Assembly (NCBI GenBank): GCA_977020255.1
Contig: CDROCS010002559.1
Coordinates: forward strand, 248,001-312,000
DNA from: Obrimoposthia wandeli
Lineage: Eukaryota
Reading direction: 5' to 3'
DNA: 64,000 nt
Part shown: positions 1-14,400 of the stretch, one piece after another
Layout of the letters: the number at the start of each line of letters is the position of its first letter
Numbering within the stretch: the stretch's first letter is position 1
Program-made: the position numbers and the translations under genes
Notes under the pieces: generated by a model
The model's database searches: none
The model's input: the letters and a program-made list of their open reading frames with translations, nothing else
Told to the model about the DNA's origin: nothing

Positions 1-1748
1 CCCAATATCATAACTTTACCTCTGGAAAATATATTTACACATAGCGATTTAAACTTCAAATAACTGAGAGCAGGAAATATTTCTGGTTCAAACATGCATT
101 CTTCTTTCATTTCCTCTGCAATTTTATAAAGATTTATTGTTTTTCTGAGATTAGCTGAAATTGTGATTGATTGTATGGCACTGATTCGAATTTCAAATAG
201 TAAATTGAACTCATTCAATGGTGTTGTGCATCCAATAACACGACAACTTCCAAAAAGAATTCAATATGAAAATAAAATAAAAACTAACCTGAGGGGAAAA
301 TAACAACTATGAAATCATCAAACATTTTCACATATTGTCTGGGCTTCCAATCATTGAATGATAAGTACGAAATATCATCTACCATTCTTCCTAAATAATT
401 TATATTTACGAGTTTCATTAGACTAAAATTGTCTTCTGTAGATTCTTTTTTATACATTTCTGAACCTGCTTTTTATTGCACATGTCTTGTAAATATCTTT
501 CAAACATATTATAATTGGATGATATATTTATTCCAATCAATTTCGATTTTTTAATATGGATTTAGTCCAATCAAATTTAATGCTTTAGTTATATTAACCA
601 ATGAGATTCATGTCTTTGTTACAAATTAGTATAAAATAATGCACCATTGGAGGACAAATAATAATAAATGCATTCATATAAAAGACAATTATTAAGAATG
701 GATGATAGCCAACGGATATTAAGCGGTGATGAAGATTTAAAAATGTTTAAAGAATCGGATAAGTGTTATAAATGAAAATTTCTGTATTCGAACAAATTGC
801 AAAATCAGAAAACTGTTGAATCCTCCACGATTTGGGTAATTGTTCATATCTTGACTCAATTTGGCATATAGACGTAATTTTCCGAAGAATTATCCATCAT
901 TAAACTTCATTATTTTACTGTAAATCACAATTCCGAGACAGACTTTATAATAATTGATTAAATCAAGATACTTGCCTTCGTCCTTAATTTTTGCACAATT
1001 TCAAAAAGAATAAACGAAATTCCCTTCACTTGATCATTTGTACGCTCTGCTACCATGTTTACGAACTTTATTTTCATTAAACATAAGACTTTATTAAACA
1101 TTTATTCATAAACAACATTAATAACTTTTTATTTATCGTAAACACTTATAGTTTTTTGATAAGTTTAAACAACAACTTTAATTCAGCTCTATTACATATA
1201 CTCTTTCATTTTATCATTCACATATCATTCAGGATCACTAATCTCCCTTTTTATGGTCAGTAACGGTTTTAATTCAACTACAATTTAAACATATTACATC
1301 TTTTTACAGTGGTTTCGTGATGAAATGAATCCATAACCCAGATGTGTCACAGAAAATCACCAGAATTTATTTTGGCTTCCCAAATTATTATTTCTTTCAA
1401 ATGACCCTCGATTGAGAAACAGACCTCTAACAGTTTAGAAAATGAAATAATTGTATAACATTCAATAAAAGGCATACTTTTTCAAGTCCTTTGAGTTTAC
1501 ACTTGAACAGGATAGAACTCTATTAGCAAAAACACGTAAAGAATTGCAGGAAACTATCAAAGTGATGCAACAAAAGTAAAAGTGATATATTTCATTAATG
1601 ATAAACTTTTTCAAGTTGACGCCGAAGTTGCCAGAAGCGAAAGGAATTATTACGCATTCTTGGTATTATTGTCAACGTATTCTAAGTAAGTTCAAGATAA
1701 CAAAGCTTAACGTAATTAACTAAATAATCAAACTGCTATGGCCTAAAC

Positions 1749-1810
1749 CAGCGGTTCCCAACCTGGGGTCACCTGACAATTTGCCTGGAGTCGCCTAAGG
1801 CAGCAAGGCC
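1749..1810. mobile_element. hAT-like terminal fragment
   Basis: CAGCGGTTCCCAACCTGGGG resembles hAT/Charlie-type termini; no partner end or TSD located. Confidence 0.3.
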
Positions 1811-2400
1811 CTTTAAAAAGTTGTTTTATGATACCGAATGTCCTTGTGTTGTATTCTCGCGGTAATATAAAATAATAAAATATAACAAAATGTTGTGTTG
1901 ATAAAATTATTTTATATTTGGGACTCTAAACATACAGTTAAATAATGGTTATTATAAGAAAACTAGAACTTCAGATATATATTGAAACTGATTATACACT
2001 GGGTGTTACATTAAATTTTGTACATACATTGTATTATGGAGTAACTTATTTATAGATATAGGTGACCATAAATGGACAAAGTTTGGATCAAACAATTTAA
2101 CATTGGATCCGAACTGATTTCTCAAAAAGTGAGATACACCCATAAAAGGTGTTAACACTTTAAAACAGAGCAACGTTTAAGGTTAAATATTTCATGAAAT
2201 CAGCTAAATTATTTATAAAACCTTAACAGGTTTTTTTAAAAAAAACATCAAAAACGCTTTTTCAGTTCTCCCTAGGGTAACTTCCACATAAATTATGCTA
2301 TATCCATCACACAAAAACATAAATTATATTTATATATTCAGTAACATTTAAATATTTCAAGAGACAAATCAAGTAAGATAAATGACAACCAAAGAAAATA

Positions 2401-5400
2401 TCAACATAGACATGTATTGATCAAGTGCACCTGCTCGATGAGGTACGCCTCGCCCTGTGGAGCACTCCCCGTACTGGACAGAAGAACATTGAACTGCCGG
2501 AAGCCCCAACCCTTCGTTAGCTTGAGTGCTTCATTCAATTTGTCTTCTTTGGAGAATCCATTGCGTTTATATAAAACACGCAGAGCTCTGAAAATGGGAA
2601 CGCCAAAATGAATACATCAAATACACTGACTATCACATCACGGTTAATAAGGAAAACGGATAAGGGTCATAAAATGACGTTTGATATCTAGAATTTAAGA
2701 AAAGGACAATCACTTTGGTGACATTTTTAAATGTTTAGAGAGTTATTGAAAGTGCCTCAATACTTTTTTAAGTCAAATGATCTCTAATTTCAAAAATCCA
2801 TATACTAGTTTACTTTCTGGAAACTTGGATTTAAATAACTTCATATTTTATAAAATGGGAGTAGCTTTTTGTTATATATGAATAAATTTAGTAAAAGTTG
2901 AATCAAACAAAATTGACTAAAGCAACGTTATAAACGAAATTAATCATACACAAAAAGAATAATAACAGCTTTCCTATCATTTTATCGACCTTTTAGATAA
3001 AGTGGAAAAAAGAGTATGCTGAAGAACTTTTGAATTTATTATAGAATCAGTTTCTAAAGAAGTGGAGCAATTATCACTCAAATGCGCATTACAAATCAGC
3101 AACTTTGAGTAGTTAACTGCAGTATTTTCTAAACAAGAACCTCTTCTGATTTCATCAATTTATTACACTTCCTCACTGCTAATGACAAACTATTGCAAAG
3201 TTTGCATACATACACCTGAAAACAGTTTCCTTTTTTCGATCTTTGATTAACATTATTTATTTTCCAACTAATTGAACTTGGAATTTCAATGACCAGAAGT
3301 CTATACAACTTTAGACTTTAAAAGGATTTTATGAAGCATTTATCGACAGTTCAAAGCATTTATGCAGTTCAAATGGATGGTTCTTCGGTACTCTTTCTTT
3401 AATAGATGATGTATAAATATTCTTCACTGCTTTCTTCATAATTATTTGTAATATCTTTAGATAAAACTGTAGAAGTTCAGCGTTGAAGTGACAATGCATT
3501 CAGAAAAATGGTAGCGGGTTCTTTTAAGAAATATTTTCTAAATGACTTATTGTAAATTATTGACGTTGTAAAACAAGCCATTTACTTGTTTTTATATATA
3601 GTAGTATCCGTTTAAATATGATGAAAGTGATACATTTTAAAACAAACCGTTTCGAGCAAAAACAGGCTACTTAAATGAAAGGTACTGTATATGCATTAAA
3701 ATTAAATAAAATCACTTGTTTTATATAGTAAATAAAATTATTTATTTAAAACGTGTAACTCGTATAACTTTTCACTTAGTACAGAAGGGATGATAATAAA
3801 CTGAAGGGAAGCTCTATAATTTTCTATTGTGTTTTTAAGATAGATATTAACAAATTTGTTATTTCCTGTAGACAACGTTTGCTCGTAAATTCAAAAACAT
3901 TCCCTAAAACGTAACAATTATCCATTGAGTGGTACTAAGGAAAAATAATTAGTTACTTATACTTGAAAAATATTAAAAAAACAATGCTAAGTATAAATGA
4001 TAATGAAAAAGAGAATTTGAACATTGTTCAATAAAATCTTTTTAGAAGCTCACAATTGTTTGTAAAATTTAAAATATTTTGCTTGCGAAAATGGTGTTAC
4101 TGACTTATTAAATATATTGAATGTTGGCATAATCAATTAAATGATGATCATTTCAAATAAAATACTAAGAATAAAACAAACAATACGTAATCTATATTAT
4201 TTGATTCGTTATCTTATTTTATTACACTTAGATTCCGTAATATACACTTTAACAGACATTTTTACACAGTCTGACAAGTGTCAATTAATCCGAGATTTCA
4301 TTTTACTTATAATTATCTTACTTTTTTCTGTCATTTTCTGAAAAATCCGGTAAATAAACTCGATCCTTAGACGTTTTTACACATTCCAGAAATACTACCA
4401 GATTGTTCCGCGTCTCTACACAACATTTAGCGCCATACAGTAAACCAAAGCTAGCCTTACCGAAATTTAGTGAGAGTATCTGCATCATTGTTGCATTTGA
4501 GACGTTGGATGCTACCACAACAACAAATGTGTCACCTTTATCTTCAGAGAACTGACAGATTTGTTCCTGGAATTCTGAGACATTGAAGTTCGAGAAGTAC
4601 TCCTTCTTTAGCATAATCAGGTGACTACCACGCTCCTGGTGAAAATATAGATGGGGTTAAATAAATAACCTAGAGGAAGCACAATATAAGAAAACAATTT
4701 TTAAAATGAAGTACTGTTAACCTCTTAAAAAACAGATTTTCGAAGTACTTCTACAAACCTTGGCAAGCTTCTTCACTAGATTTGTTTTGCCACATCCTTC
4801 TTCTCCGCAAATGAGCGCGCACAGGTTTCTTTGCAGGCGCAAATCCGGTGATATCGGTAGACGCTCTGACAAGTACACCTGTGAACCATTAATCAATTCT
4901 TTCCAAGTACGAATGTACAGATTGAGTTTCAAAGATTTCTAGATAGTATACAATTATACATTTAATTTTCATGTGTAAAAAACTGAATCAATTATACTAC
5001 ATTGGCTTCCTATAAAAAAGTATAAAATTTCAAGTTATTTTGCTAATCCAGACAGTGATATATTATTGACAGAAACTACTAAACAAATACATATTTGAAG
5101 GAATGATGAAAACAGATTACTCTTAAGAGGGAAATTATCGAATCAGAAATGACGAATCTTCTTCATATTTACAAAGTAATCTTAAAATTAATTGTCAATG
5201 AGACAATGTTAAAATATTAGCTGTTCATAAACATTATATTATTAGAGATGTAAATAAAATTATAACATTTATACATATAATATAGTTTGAATGTTACGTT
5301 GTTAAGGTCTTCACAAATTTGTCCAATTAAAAACAATGAAAATAAATTTACTTTAAAAAAACACTTTGATGTTAAAAAGTATGAAATAATTTCAAATAAT

Positions 5401-8400
5401 AACATTAAGTAATTAATAATAGAGCATGAAAATGTAAAATAAATTCTAAAATAAGGATTATGGGGAGAAAAAAAATTTGTAAGCAATTTTTGTTGAAATA
5501 AATAAGTAAATTTAAAAATATTATAAATATATGTTATTTCCACTTCCGATAACTTCCCTTAGAAAAAACTTCGAATAGTTCAGAAGATAGCCTATTGAAA
5601 TATATAATCAGTTGTCACTTCGAATTAGAAATGGCAAAAATATTGATTACAAAAAAGGCTTTTAGAAAATCTTCCTTTTAGGGAATAATTTGAAGTAAAC
5701 CGTAAGCACTTTTGAATAGCTTTCATCAACTATATTCTAGCGCTATATTAAATGTTTGTGTTTATAATCGTACAAAAACGTCAATATATAATTTATTTTG
5801 TTTGTAATATTTATGGACACTTTTAATGTACCTATAATGTTGTACAATCAAATTATATTCAAAAAGTAAAAGTTTAAAAATCAACATCAAGAGATCAGTT
5901 ACGTTTAAATACATTTGATAGATTGAATTAATACCTTGATATATTGTTGAAGAGAGACAAACAAATATAGCATTTAGAAACTCACGTCCGTTCCTTGTGG
6001 ATAGTCGAATAAGTTCTCAATCACGAGATCAGGATGCATTGTGACAAGGGCATTCTGTCCAAACTCTGATAAAGGCAGTCGAATATCAAATAGTAAGTAC
6101 ATACAGAACTTTCTAATTTAAGCTTTCTAATAAAAGTATTTCGGTATTTAGGATTTAGTGTTCTGCATAAGGAAATTTTATTTTCATGAATTCTTGTGGT
6201 ACCTCATCATTACAAGGATTTTCCTACACTAGATTCAATTGGTCACCAACAGAAAAGCAATATATAACGAGAGATCTATGTCAGACTTATAGTATTAAGC
6301 GATACTAACAAATAAAACATAAAAATTAGATACATTTTTGAAACTATTCGCGATATTATTCATTATTTTGGGACTCAAATGGAAATACGAAATAATAGTA
6401 TGAGTACAGAATTTGCTAAACTATTCCTACCTGTCTTTGAATACGATCGATGTTGTAACAGCACTTCACTCAGCATCTCCATGGTTACACACTCCTGGTC
6501 ACGTATGACCTTTGTTAGGGTGGCTAAGGTGGCCTGGCTGCATGTAGTATGGATGGTATCATGTTTGTCATTTTCAGATAAAAAAGATTCCCTAAATTGC
6601 ATAAATAATATGTGTTTCTGAAAAATACTTTGTTAAATATTTTAAAACAATATATGAATAAAATTTTAAAAATGCAAATTAAATATCGTTGAAATATTTT
6701 AAATAACTATGCAGCCCTCAAAAATACTCTTATTGGTGTAAAATGTGTTATATAAAGTCATTCTCAAATTAAACTAAACAATTTAATTAGAAAGGAATGA
6801 CCTTTATTTACGTTTATGGTCCAATTAAACTGTGATTTCAATAAAAGTAATTTCATAGACTATTTTGATAATTAGCACAATGGTATAAGTTGGTAAGTGA
6901 ATACAGTGGATATTCGATTCATTATAAAGTCGTGTTACCTATATATGATTGACAGATAGATGCAGCACTATACATACATATATATACGGTATAGACACAG
7001 TAAATCAACATACATACTTACGTATATAGGTGTAGTATATTACAGATTTTCCTTCAGACCAATAATATTTATTTCAGATGAGTAGAATCAGAAATAACGG
7101 TCATTTTGGATTTTTTACAATAAAAAAATGTTTATCTCATTTAGATTGCTTTTAATTCATGTACAATTTAAAGTGCATTTACATAAGATTAAGCCATTTA
7201 GGAGAATATTAGATTGTGTTAGCTACTGGCTAGGGTTTCAATTGGTAGTCACCCAAAAAGATGTAGAATTGTCAGCTGAATGAAGAAACCGAATAGCTGG
7301 TGATGTGCTGATGTGATACCAGTCACCCCGTAATATGTTGACTGCATCGGTGGGGTGGTTTGCTGCCCACTCGATCAATTTCAAAAAGTGACTCAATAAA
7401 TACGCTCGCTATGTATCTAGTCGCTAATAAATTTTAAATGGTCAAAGTTTGAAGACCGTCAAATCAGAATAATTTATTAGTCAATTTTTGTGTTAACATA
7501 GATCTATTTGAGACAGCGAGATGCAATACCTTTTTGTTGCAGGTATCTTTACAACTAGTCAAATGTCCACAGTTCCTACCTCCAGTCGCGAGTGAAGTTG
7601 TCTGTGGCGACCTTAGACAGCAGAGTGACTCTGTCCTCTTCGCTCTGGAACTTGGCACACCGAAAGAGAGCCGTCAGCACTGCCAGGCGGTCTACCGGGG
7701 ACTTTGGTGGCGCCAACTGCACCCGGGTGGCGAGTCTGTGGGGCCGCAGTAACGCCTCATGTAGGCCGCTTCTTGCAGTACAAACGACCAACACCTGGGG
7801 CCGCTGCTGCTGGCGAGCTAGACTGTCCAGCTGGTTGAGAAAGCAAGTCACTGGGTCACCGCTGCTGTTGCCGGAGCACGAGAATGGCGTGTGGGCATCA
7901 TCCACCAACAGAATGGCGGGTTGGGCGGCCTCTGCGGCTCGGAACCAGCGCTCTACAGTGGTTCGGGCCTCTCGTGGGCCTCGAGTTTCAGCCAAGTCTG
8001 CACCCCGTACTTCCACCAGCGCCAGACCTGTTTCATTGGAGAGTGCTCGAACCAGCATCGTTTTGCCGATCCCGGGCTCACCCTCTAGCAGTACACCTCT
8101 ACTACTACCCGCATCTCGCACCAACATCGCCGTCTGCGATGTCAGAGCGAATCGGTCAGAGATACAGTCAAAACTCACTACTAACAGACAAGCAAACGTG
8201 TGGCTAGAAACTATACTAGTAGACTCCATTTGAAATAATGAATGTCAGATAAACACGGCAAATTTTGCATGTATTACAGTGTTTGTGTCATCCAGTGCCG
8301 CCACAGACGTTGCTACCCCTATACATTCCCCAATATTAAAACTGAACAATGAATATTAGTAATGTTAGTAATGAATCACATTGATAAGAGTTTTAAAAGA

Positions 8401-11400
8401 ATAGTAGTTCTAAAGGACCTCACATCACTTTGTATTGCAGCAGTAACGAGGAACTCTTCTGTCTATATTGTCATCAACAGTATTCAACTGAAAGTCATAA
8501 TCTTCATCTAACAGATTTATCTTCGTGGAAGAAATCGTAAAATATTTATCAATGCTAAACGTGAGCTTCGATGGAAGCTTATACGGTTTTTGGTCGACGA
8601 ATAGTTCAGATTTTGTTTCCAACACCAGTACACTATATAATTTCAATTTGAGACGAGACACGAGATGAGAAACACAAGACGCAAAGACTGAAATGAGAAA
8701 AACGAGACATAAGGTAGCAAGAATTGAGTTGTTCAGCGACGGTTGAATCGATGATTAATTGTTTCCTGGATGCTGTGAAAAGCTTTGACATACAAGTCAA
8801 CGTGAAGAAATCAATACATATATTTCTCCAACGCCTCCTGTTATTTTGATAACTTGTAGGAAGTGGAACTGCCTCAATTTTATTTTTAGCAACTACGTAA
8901 TGACTAAGTACGGTTTTCAGTGATAAGAATTCAAATTTTAACAATTTAGATGTAATATACTGTAAGCCGTTGTTCAAAAAATATGGTTTAAAAAGTAGTA
9001 AAATCTTAACGATGTAATTTTTTAATTCCGAACTACATGGCATATGTTCCATTCCACAATGAGCCGTTACATTTCCCAAGTTCCATCTTGCTACTTCATT
9101 ATACAATTCATAAAATGCCGCCACATCCTCTTCAAGGTACGTCAGTGATATATTATACATACACAAAACAACCTCAGATATACCAAAAAATGATGGTCTC
9201 TTCAAGGCTTTTTTAATACCGAATTTTACTGTACAGATAAGTCAATAAGTCCCTAGCCTACCATAGAAAAAAGATAGATACAATCCTTAATTTCTTCATA
9301 TAACTACATAATTATATATAGGTAAAAACTATATACTTTATTTTAATGTGTTACTTTTGTTTATATTTTTAGTGGTCCATTTTCAAATTTTTGATAAATC
9401 AAATGAAATACAGGAGTGTTATCAAGTTTTTTGTTTTGCAAGGACTAAACGCAACTGAAATAAATAAAATGCTCCAAGATACGTAGAAGGGTGATTCTCC
9501 ATGTTATGCTACTGTGAAAACGTGGGTCAAGTATTTTAAAAATGGTCGCACTTCAGTGTTTGATGATGAAAGAACAGGAAGACCTCAAGAGATTCCAGAT
9601 CAAGTTAAGGAAAATTAATTAAGATCGTGAATGATGAACGCAGAAACTCTTTTAAAATGCTGTCCATTCGTCTTAATATCAGTGTGGGAAGCCTTCACAC
9701 AATGGGGAAAGATATGGGTATTCGAAACCTGTGTTCAAGATTTGTGTTGAAAATTTGCAACTTTATGAACAGTGGGGTGACCGTTTCCTAAGTAACATTG
9801 TAACAACTGATGAAATAACTCTTTCTATGTACTTGGTCGAATCTCGTCGTGAATCCAAGGAATGGAAGTTTCCAAATGAGCCGTCAAACAAAATGAGATC
9901 GGAAACAATTCATCGAAAAGAAACAATGCTGACAGTATTTTGGGACTCAAGGGGTGTTATACAACTAGATTTCACTGAGAAATGCAACATACTACAGTAA
10001 TCTTGTAACAACTACTAGACAGAACAGACGCAAAGCACGAAACACACCTTTATGGCTATTGCATGATAATGCGCCAGTTCACACTGCAAACCGCACAGGA
10101 CAGACAATTCTGGAGATGGGCTTTTCTCTACTGAATCATCCACCCTATAGCCCAGACCTCGCACCTTGTGACTTCTACATGTTCCAGTATCTTAAGAAGC
10201 ATTTGAGGCATTAAGTTTGACAGCAGAGATGATTTGATCAACAATGTTCGTGATTTAAATAAATGTGAGCCTGGTTTCTCTGAAAAGGCTTTTCGGGAGC
10301 TAATCATCCGCTGGAAAAAATGTCTAATAAAAAAATGTATCATATGTCGAAAAATAGACTCTATATAGTTACATGTTGTTGTAAAATAAAAATATATTTG
10401 GTTATTTTTTATAAGGTAGGCTAGGGACTTATTGAACGTTCCACGTACGTATCGACAAGCAGAAACTTAATTTCACTATATGCTTACTAAATTTATTTAA
10501 AATAATTTACCTAATCTGATGAGCTTTTAAAAATATCATCAAAAATGAACAAATTGGACAAGCAGCATCTTTCGTTCTTGAAACCACTTCACTATCTTAA
10601 GACTGTAAATGTCCTTGGTGATTCTGCGACCTAAGCTTCTTTTAGTTTATCTTTTTTCTTTTCCATTTTTAACTATTTTATATTATATATGAATATATTC
10701 GCGCATTATTTCTTTGGTTAATACGAAACTCATGATTGACTAACTAAAATATGAATCAAATAATACATAGCAATTTTGAAAGGAAAATATGTTTTAACAT
10801 ATTATTGATCTGGTAAAGCAAATTTAATTGATTTCAGTTTTATGGAGCCAATCTCATTATTTAGAGTTCATGTTAATATTTGGCTCACGTTTGCTACAAT
10901 GGAATCTATCTAGAACAAACATTCGTAGTTAGAACTAAATAAACTTTTTTTGTGTACAAACATGTATTTTCTAACCATTTCGATATCTCAAAATCCTGAG
11001 ATGGATTTATTTAAATAACATTTTTGTAATAAGCATATTTTTAATCTAAGAGGGGTAAAAGCATTATTCCCTACGTAATGTAATAAGTAATTCGAATGAA
11101 TATGAAATAGTTTCCATTTGTGTCACTCACAACAAGACTGTGAAGAGCAGTCTTGGCGGAGTCGTGGCCTCCCACGTCTTCCCAGCTGACGTCTTGAACA
11201 AAGAGTCGGGCCCGCTGGTTAGCAAGACTGCGCCGTTTCTCCGTCACAGCAGTCTGCAGCTCCGATGTCGGTGTGAACTCGCCACGCCGAGCCAGCTGCC
11301 GTAACAGCTGCTTCAGATCCACGATTTCAAACCCCACTGTCCATTGGGCCAGCTTATCCCGATCCTGCCCCTGCACCGGACCTAACTCGGGACCACAGAA

Positions 11401-14400
11401 GTACTCGATCATACTGACAGGCAGTTAGCAGTGACATACTTTAGCAGTTTCCAATCCCATCATTTAATAAAAATAAATATTTAGATGATTTCAGATTTAT
11501 TATTTTTCTTTTTTCTTAAGGTAAATATGATTTTACCTTTGTTTATCCTTTAAAAATGTGCTTTTTATAAACTAATGGTTCAAATAGTAGTCTGTATTTA
11601 AAATAATTTAATATTAAATATGCATTCCATTTGGCAACCAATTTCACAAAGCGACAAAATAGATGCAATTCATTGTCTTGGCGATTATAAGAAGTAATGT
11701 GGTATTTTATATTAAAACTATACATTTTTATTATACTGTCTAAATTAACAGCATCAAATATTAACAGAATTCAGGGTTATGAAACTTACAAAAAGCTTAT
11801 TTTCGAGGTAGAACTTACATTTTTGAACAGATTTATTATATGGGATAAAAAATTTAAAATTCAAAATAAACGTATCTTAAATTATAAAAATATAGTATTT
11901 TTCCAGGGTGATTCAAAAAGATTTACTAGGAAATGAAGTTGTAACAGTTATTTTGAATCACCCTTTATCAAAGAAATTAAAAACTCAGCTAAGATGATAG
12001 GCTTATTTTTGGGGTAGGAATTAAAATAGGAAAATCACGGTAGCTTTTAATAAAGATACCTAAATTTTGATATTTAAAAATATTAGGATAATTGACAAAA
12101 TCTAAAGGAAGTTTTAAAAAAAACTTACGCCAGTCTGTCTAATTTCGTTGTTGGAGGGAAGGCAACACAGATTTTTTGACCAACATCGATAGTGGATGGT
12201 GTATTGGTCTCAAGGATCATTAGAAACTTGTAGCCGGGCAAAAGTTCTGAAGATATGAGAATATAACAGCTTTATGTCTCTATCTAAAATCGAGGAAAAT
12301 AATTAATTTGAAAAATTATTAAAGACACAAAAAATCTAAACAAAAATGAACATAATTCAATTATTATAAAATTTATAGAAATGTTTTTCAATAATATTTT
12401 AGAACATATCTAATCAAAAATAAAATCAAATAATACAGGAAACGCCGGACATTGTTAACTCAGCATTTTATAATAATATAATAACATTTATAAATGATCA
12501 ATTAGACAAAATATTAAAGTTAGATTGTATATATCTAAAATTAGGCGATTTTATTTATATGTAAGATTTGTAATAATTAATATTAATAAATATTAATTGG
12601 CGTTTGTTTTGAACAAAAATGAAATAATAAAAGGGAATAATTCGACAAAACGCGAGATAAAAGCTGAAAAGAAATAAGTCGACATTTTGACTTTTTTGTA
12701 AGGTGTTAGGAAATCTCCCAGTAGACCTAAACAATTATTAACGACGGAAGAACAGAAGAAATTCAGATTGGCTTCGTCAATAAAGATAATGCTGAATTAA
12801 CATCTTATAATATAAGTCAAAGGAAAGTTTCACCTAGATCACTAAATTAAAGTTATCACAAAATGAGAGAAAAAACACCAAAGCTAACATTGCACCACAA
12901 AGAGGAAAGAATTTGTTATGCTGAAAAAACAATTATATAGCAAACCGTAAGGTCAAATATTTAGTGATTAGAAATTTAATTTGGATGGGCCAGATAGTAT
13001 TTAATACTACTAGCTTGATTTACGAAAGAAACCAAAATGTATTTCAAAGCGACAATATGATAAAGATTCTGTGATTCTGGCAATCTTGAAAGTTAGATTT
13101 AGTAGTTTTAAATGGATCCGAGACATATGCAAAATAGGTTTCAACAGATTTTATTACCAGAGGTATCAGAAATATTTGAATATGTATTTATATTTCAGCA
13201 GAATAATGCCTCCATGCTTACAACTAAATCAACAACAAAAATTGATTTGAGGCTAACGCTGTGAATGTTATGGACAGGTCATTCCAGGTCTGTATCCAAT
13301 CATAATAATGGTTCGTAAAGATATATCAATATTTAACCAGGGGTGATCTATTTGATCCAATTCGACATGTTTGGCAAGATATATTTGGAAAAAAATTAAC
13401 AGAATTAGTTCAATCAATGATAAAATGATGTTTAGATGTAATTAAAATAAATTCTTAATAGTATGTTTAACGTTATGTAATAAATGTTGTCTATATTTTC
13501 TAATGTTTCTATATAATAATTATTACATTGTATAAACTCTTTGACGCCCTCTGATCTTTTTAGAGATTAGTTAAAAATATGTAAATTTATTAACTGATAA
13601 AACAAGGAATTAAAACAAACATTATTTGACATAGGGTATAAATCTCAGTGATGTATAAAGTAAAGAGTTAGAAAAAATACAATTGAAAAAATATGACGAA
13701 ATAATTTGGGCGTAAATGTGTTTAAAAAAAGTTTTTGTGATATCTAATAAACTGTTTCGAATGTTCATTGGTAACATATGATAGATCGTATTATTATAAA
13801 ATAGTATGCTTATTTTTTATAAATACATTGTTATTGAGTATAACATAATTTATATCACAATAACATTTAGTTTTGTTTTCATAAAAATATTGTATTAATA
13901 CTAAATAATAAATTCTAAATTTTAAACAAAAAAAGAATAATTTATTTAAGCTCAACAGGTAATTAGTTTGTTTAAAAGAGGTATTTGTGTATTTTAAAAA
14001 AATAACACAAGATTGAAGTGAACTCAAAAACATTCAAATAATTTATCTTAAATTTCGGCATATATATTGCACAAAATTAGTCTACTGCATTTTATAAATT
14101 ATTTAAAATTTGGTTACCGCTAAAACGTATGTACCTGGGGCAGTAAGCCGCAAATTGCGGTATTCCATTGCATCCATTTCATTGAGTTGAAGATGAACCA
14201 ACACTTTCTTGAAGAACTAAACAGCAAAAAGAGAATGTATAAAAACTTTCAAAACATAAATAATATACAAAATCCAGTAAAATTTATTTTAATCATCGCA
14301 AATCTACAACATATTGATGTTAACCCCAATCACTAAATTACCTCTGTTTTGGACACAATAAATGTCATAAAATCTTCATTCTTGAAGGATCGTAGAGTTG

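Noticed and set aside
1290-1440. Mariner relic on the minus strand
   Set aside because: Only one weak motif (VIFCDTSG) and no TIRs.
3050-3500. Additional AAA exon or hAT relic
   Set aside because: Exons at 4320 and 2587 already join in phase, and the hAT resemblance is too weak.
7534-8233. Plus-strand ORFs of 213, 107, 72 and 65 aa
   Set aside because: Antisense shadows of the GC-rich AAA exon.
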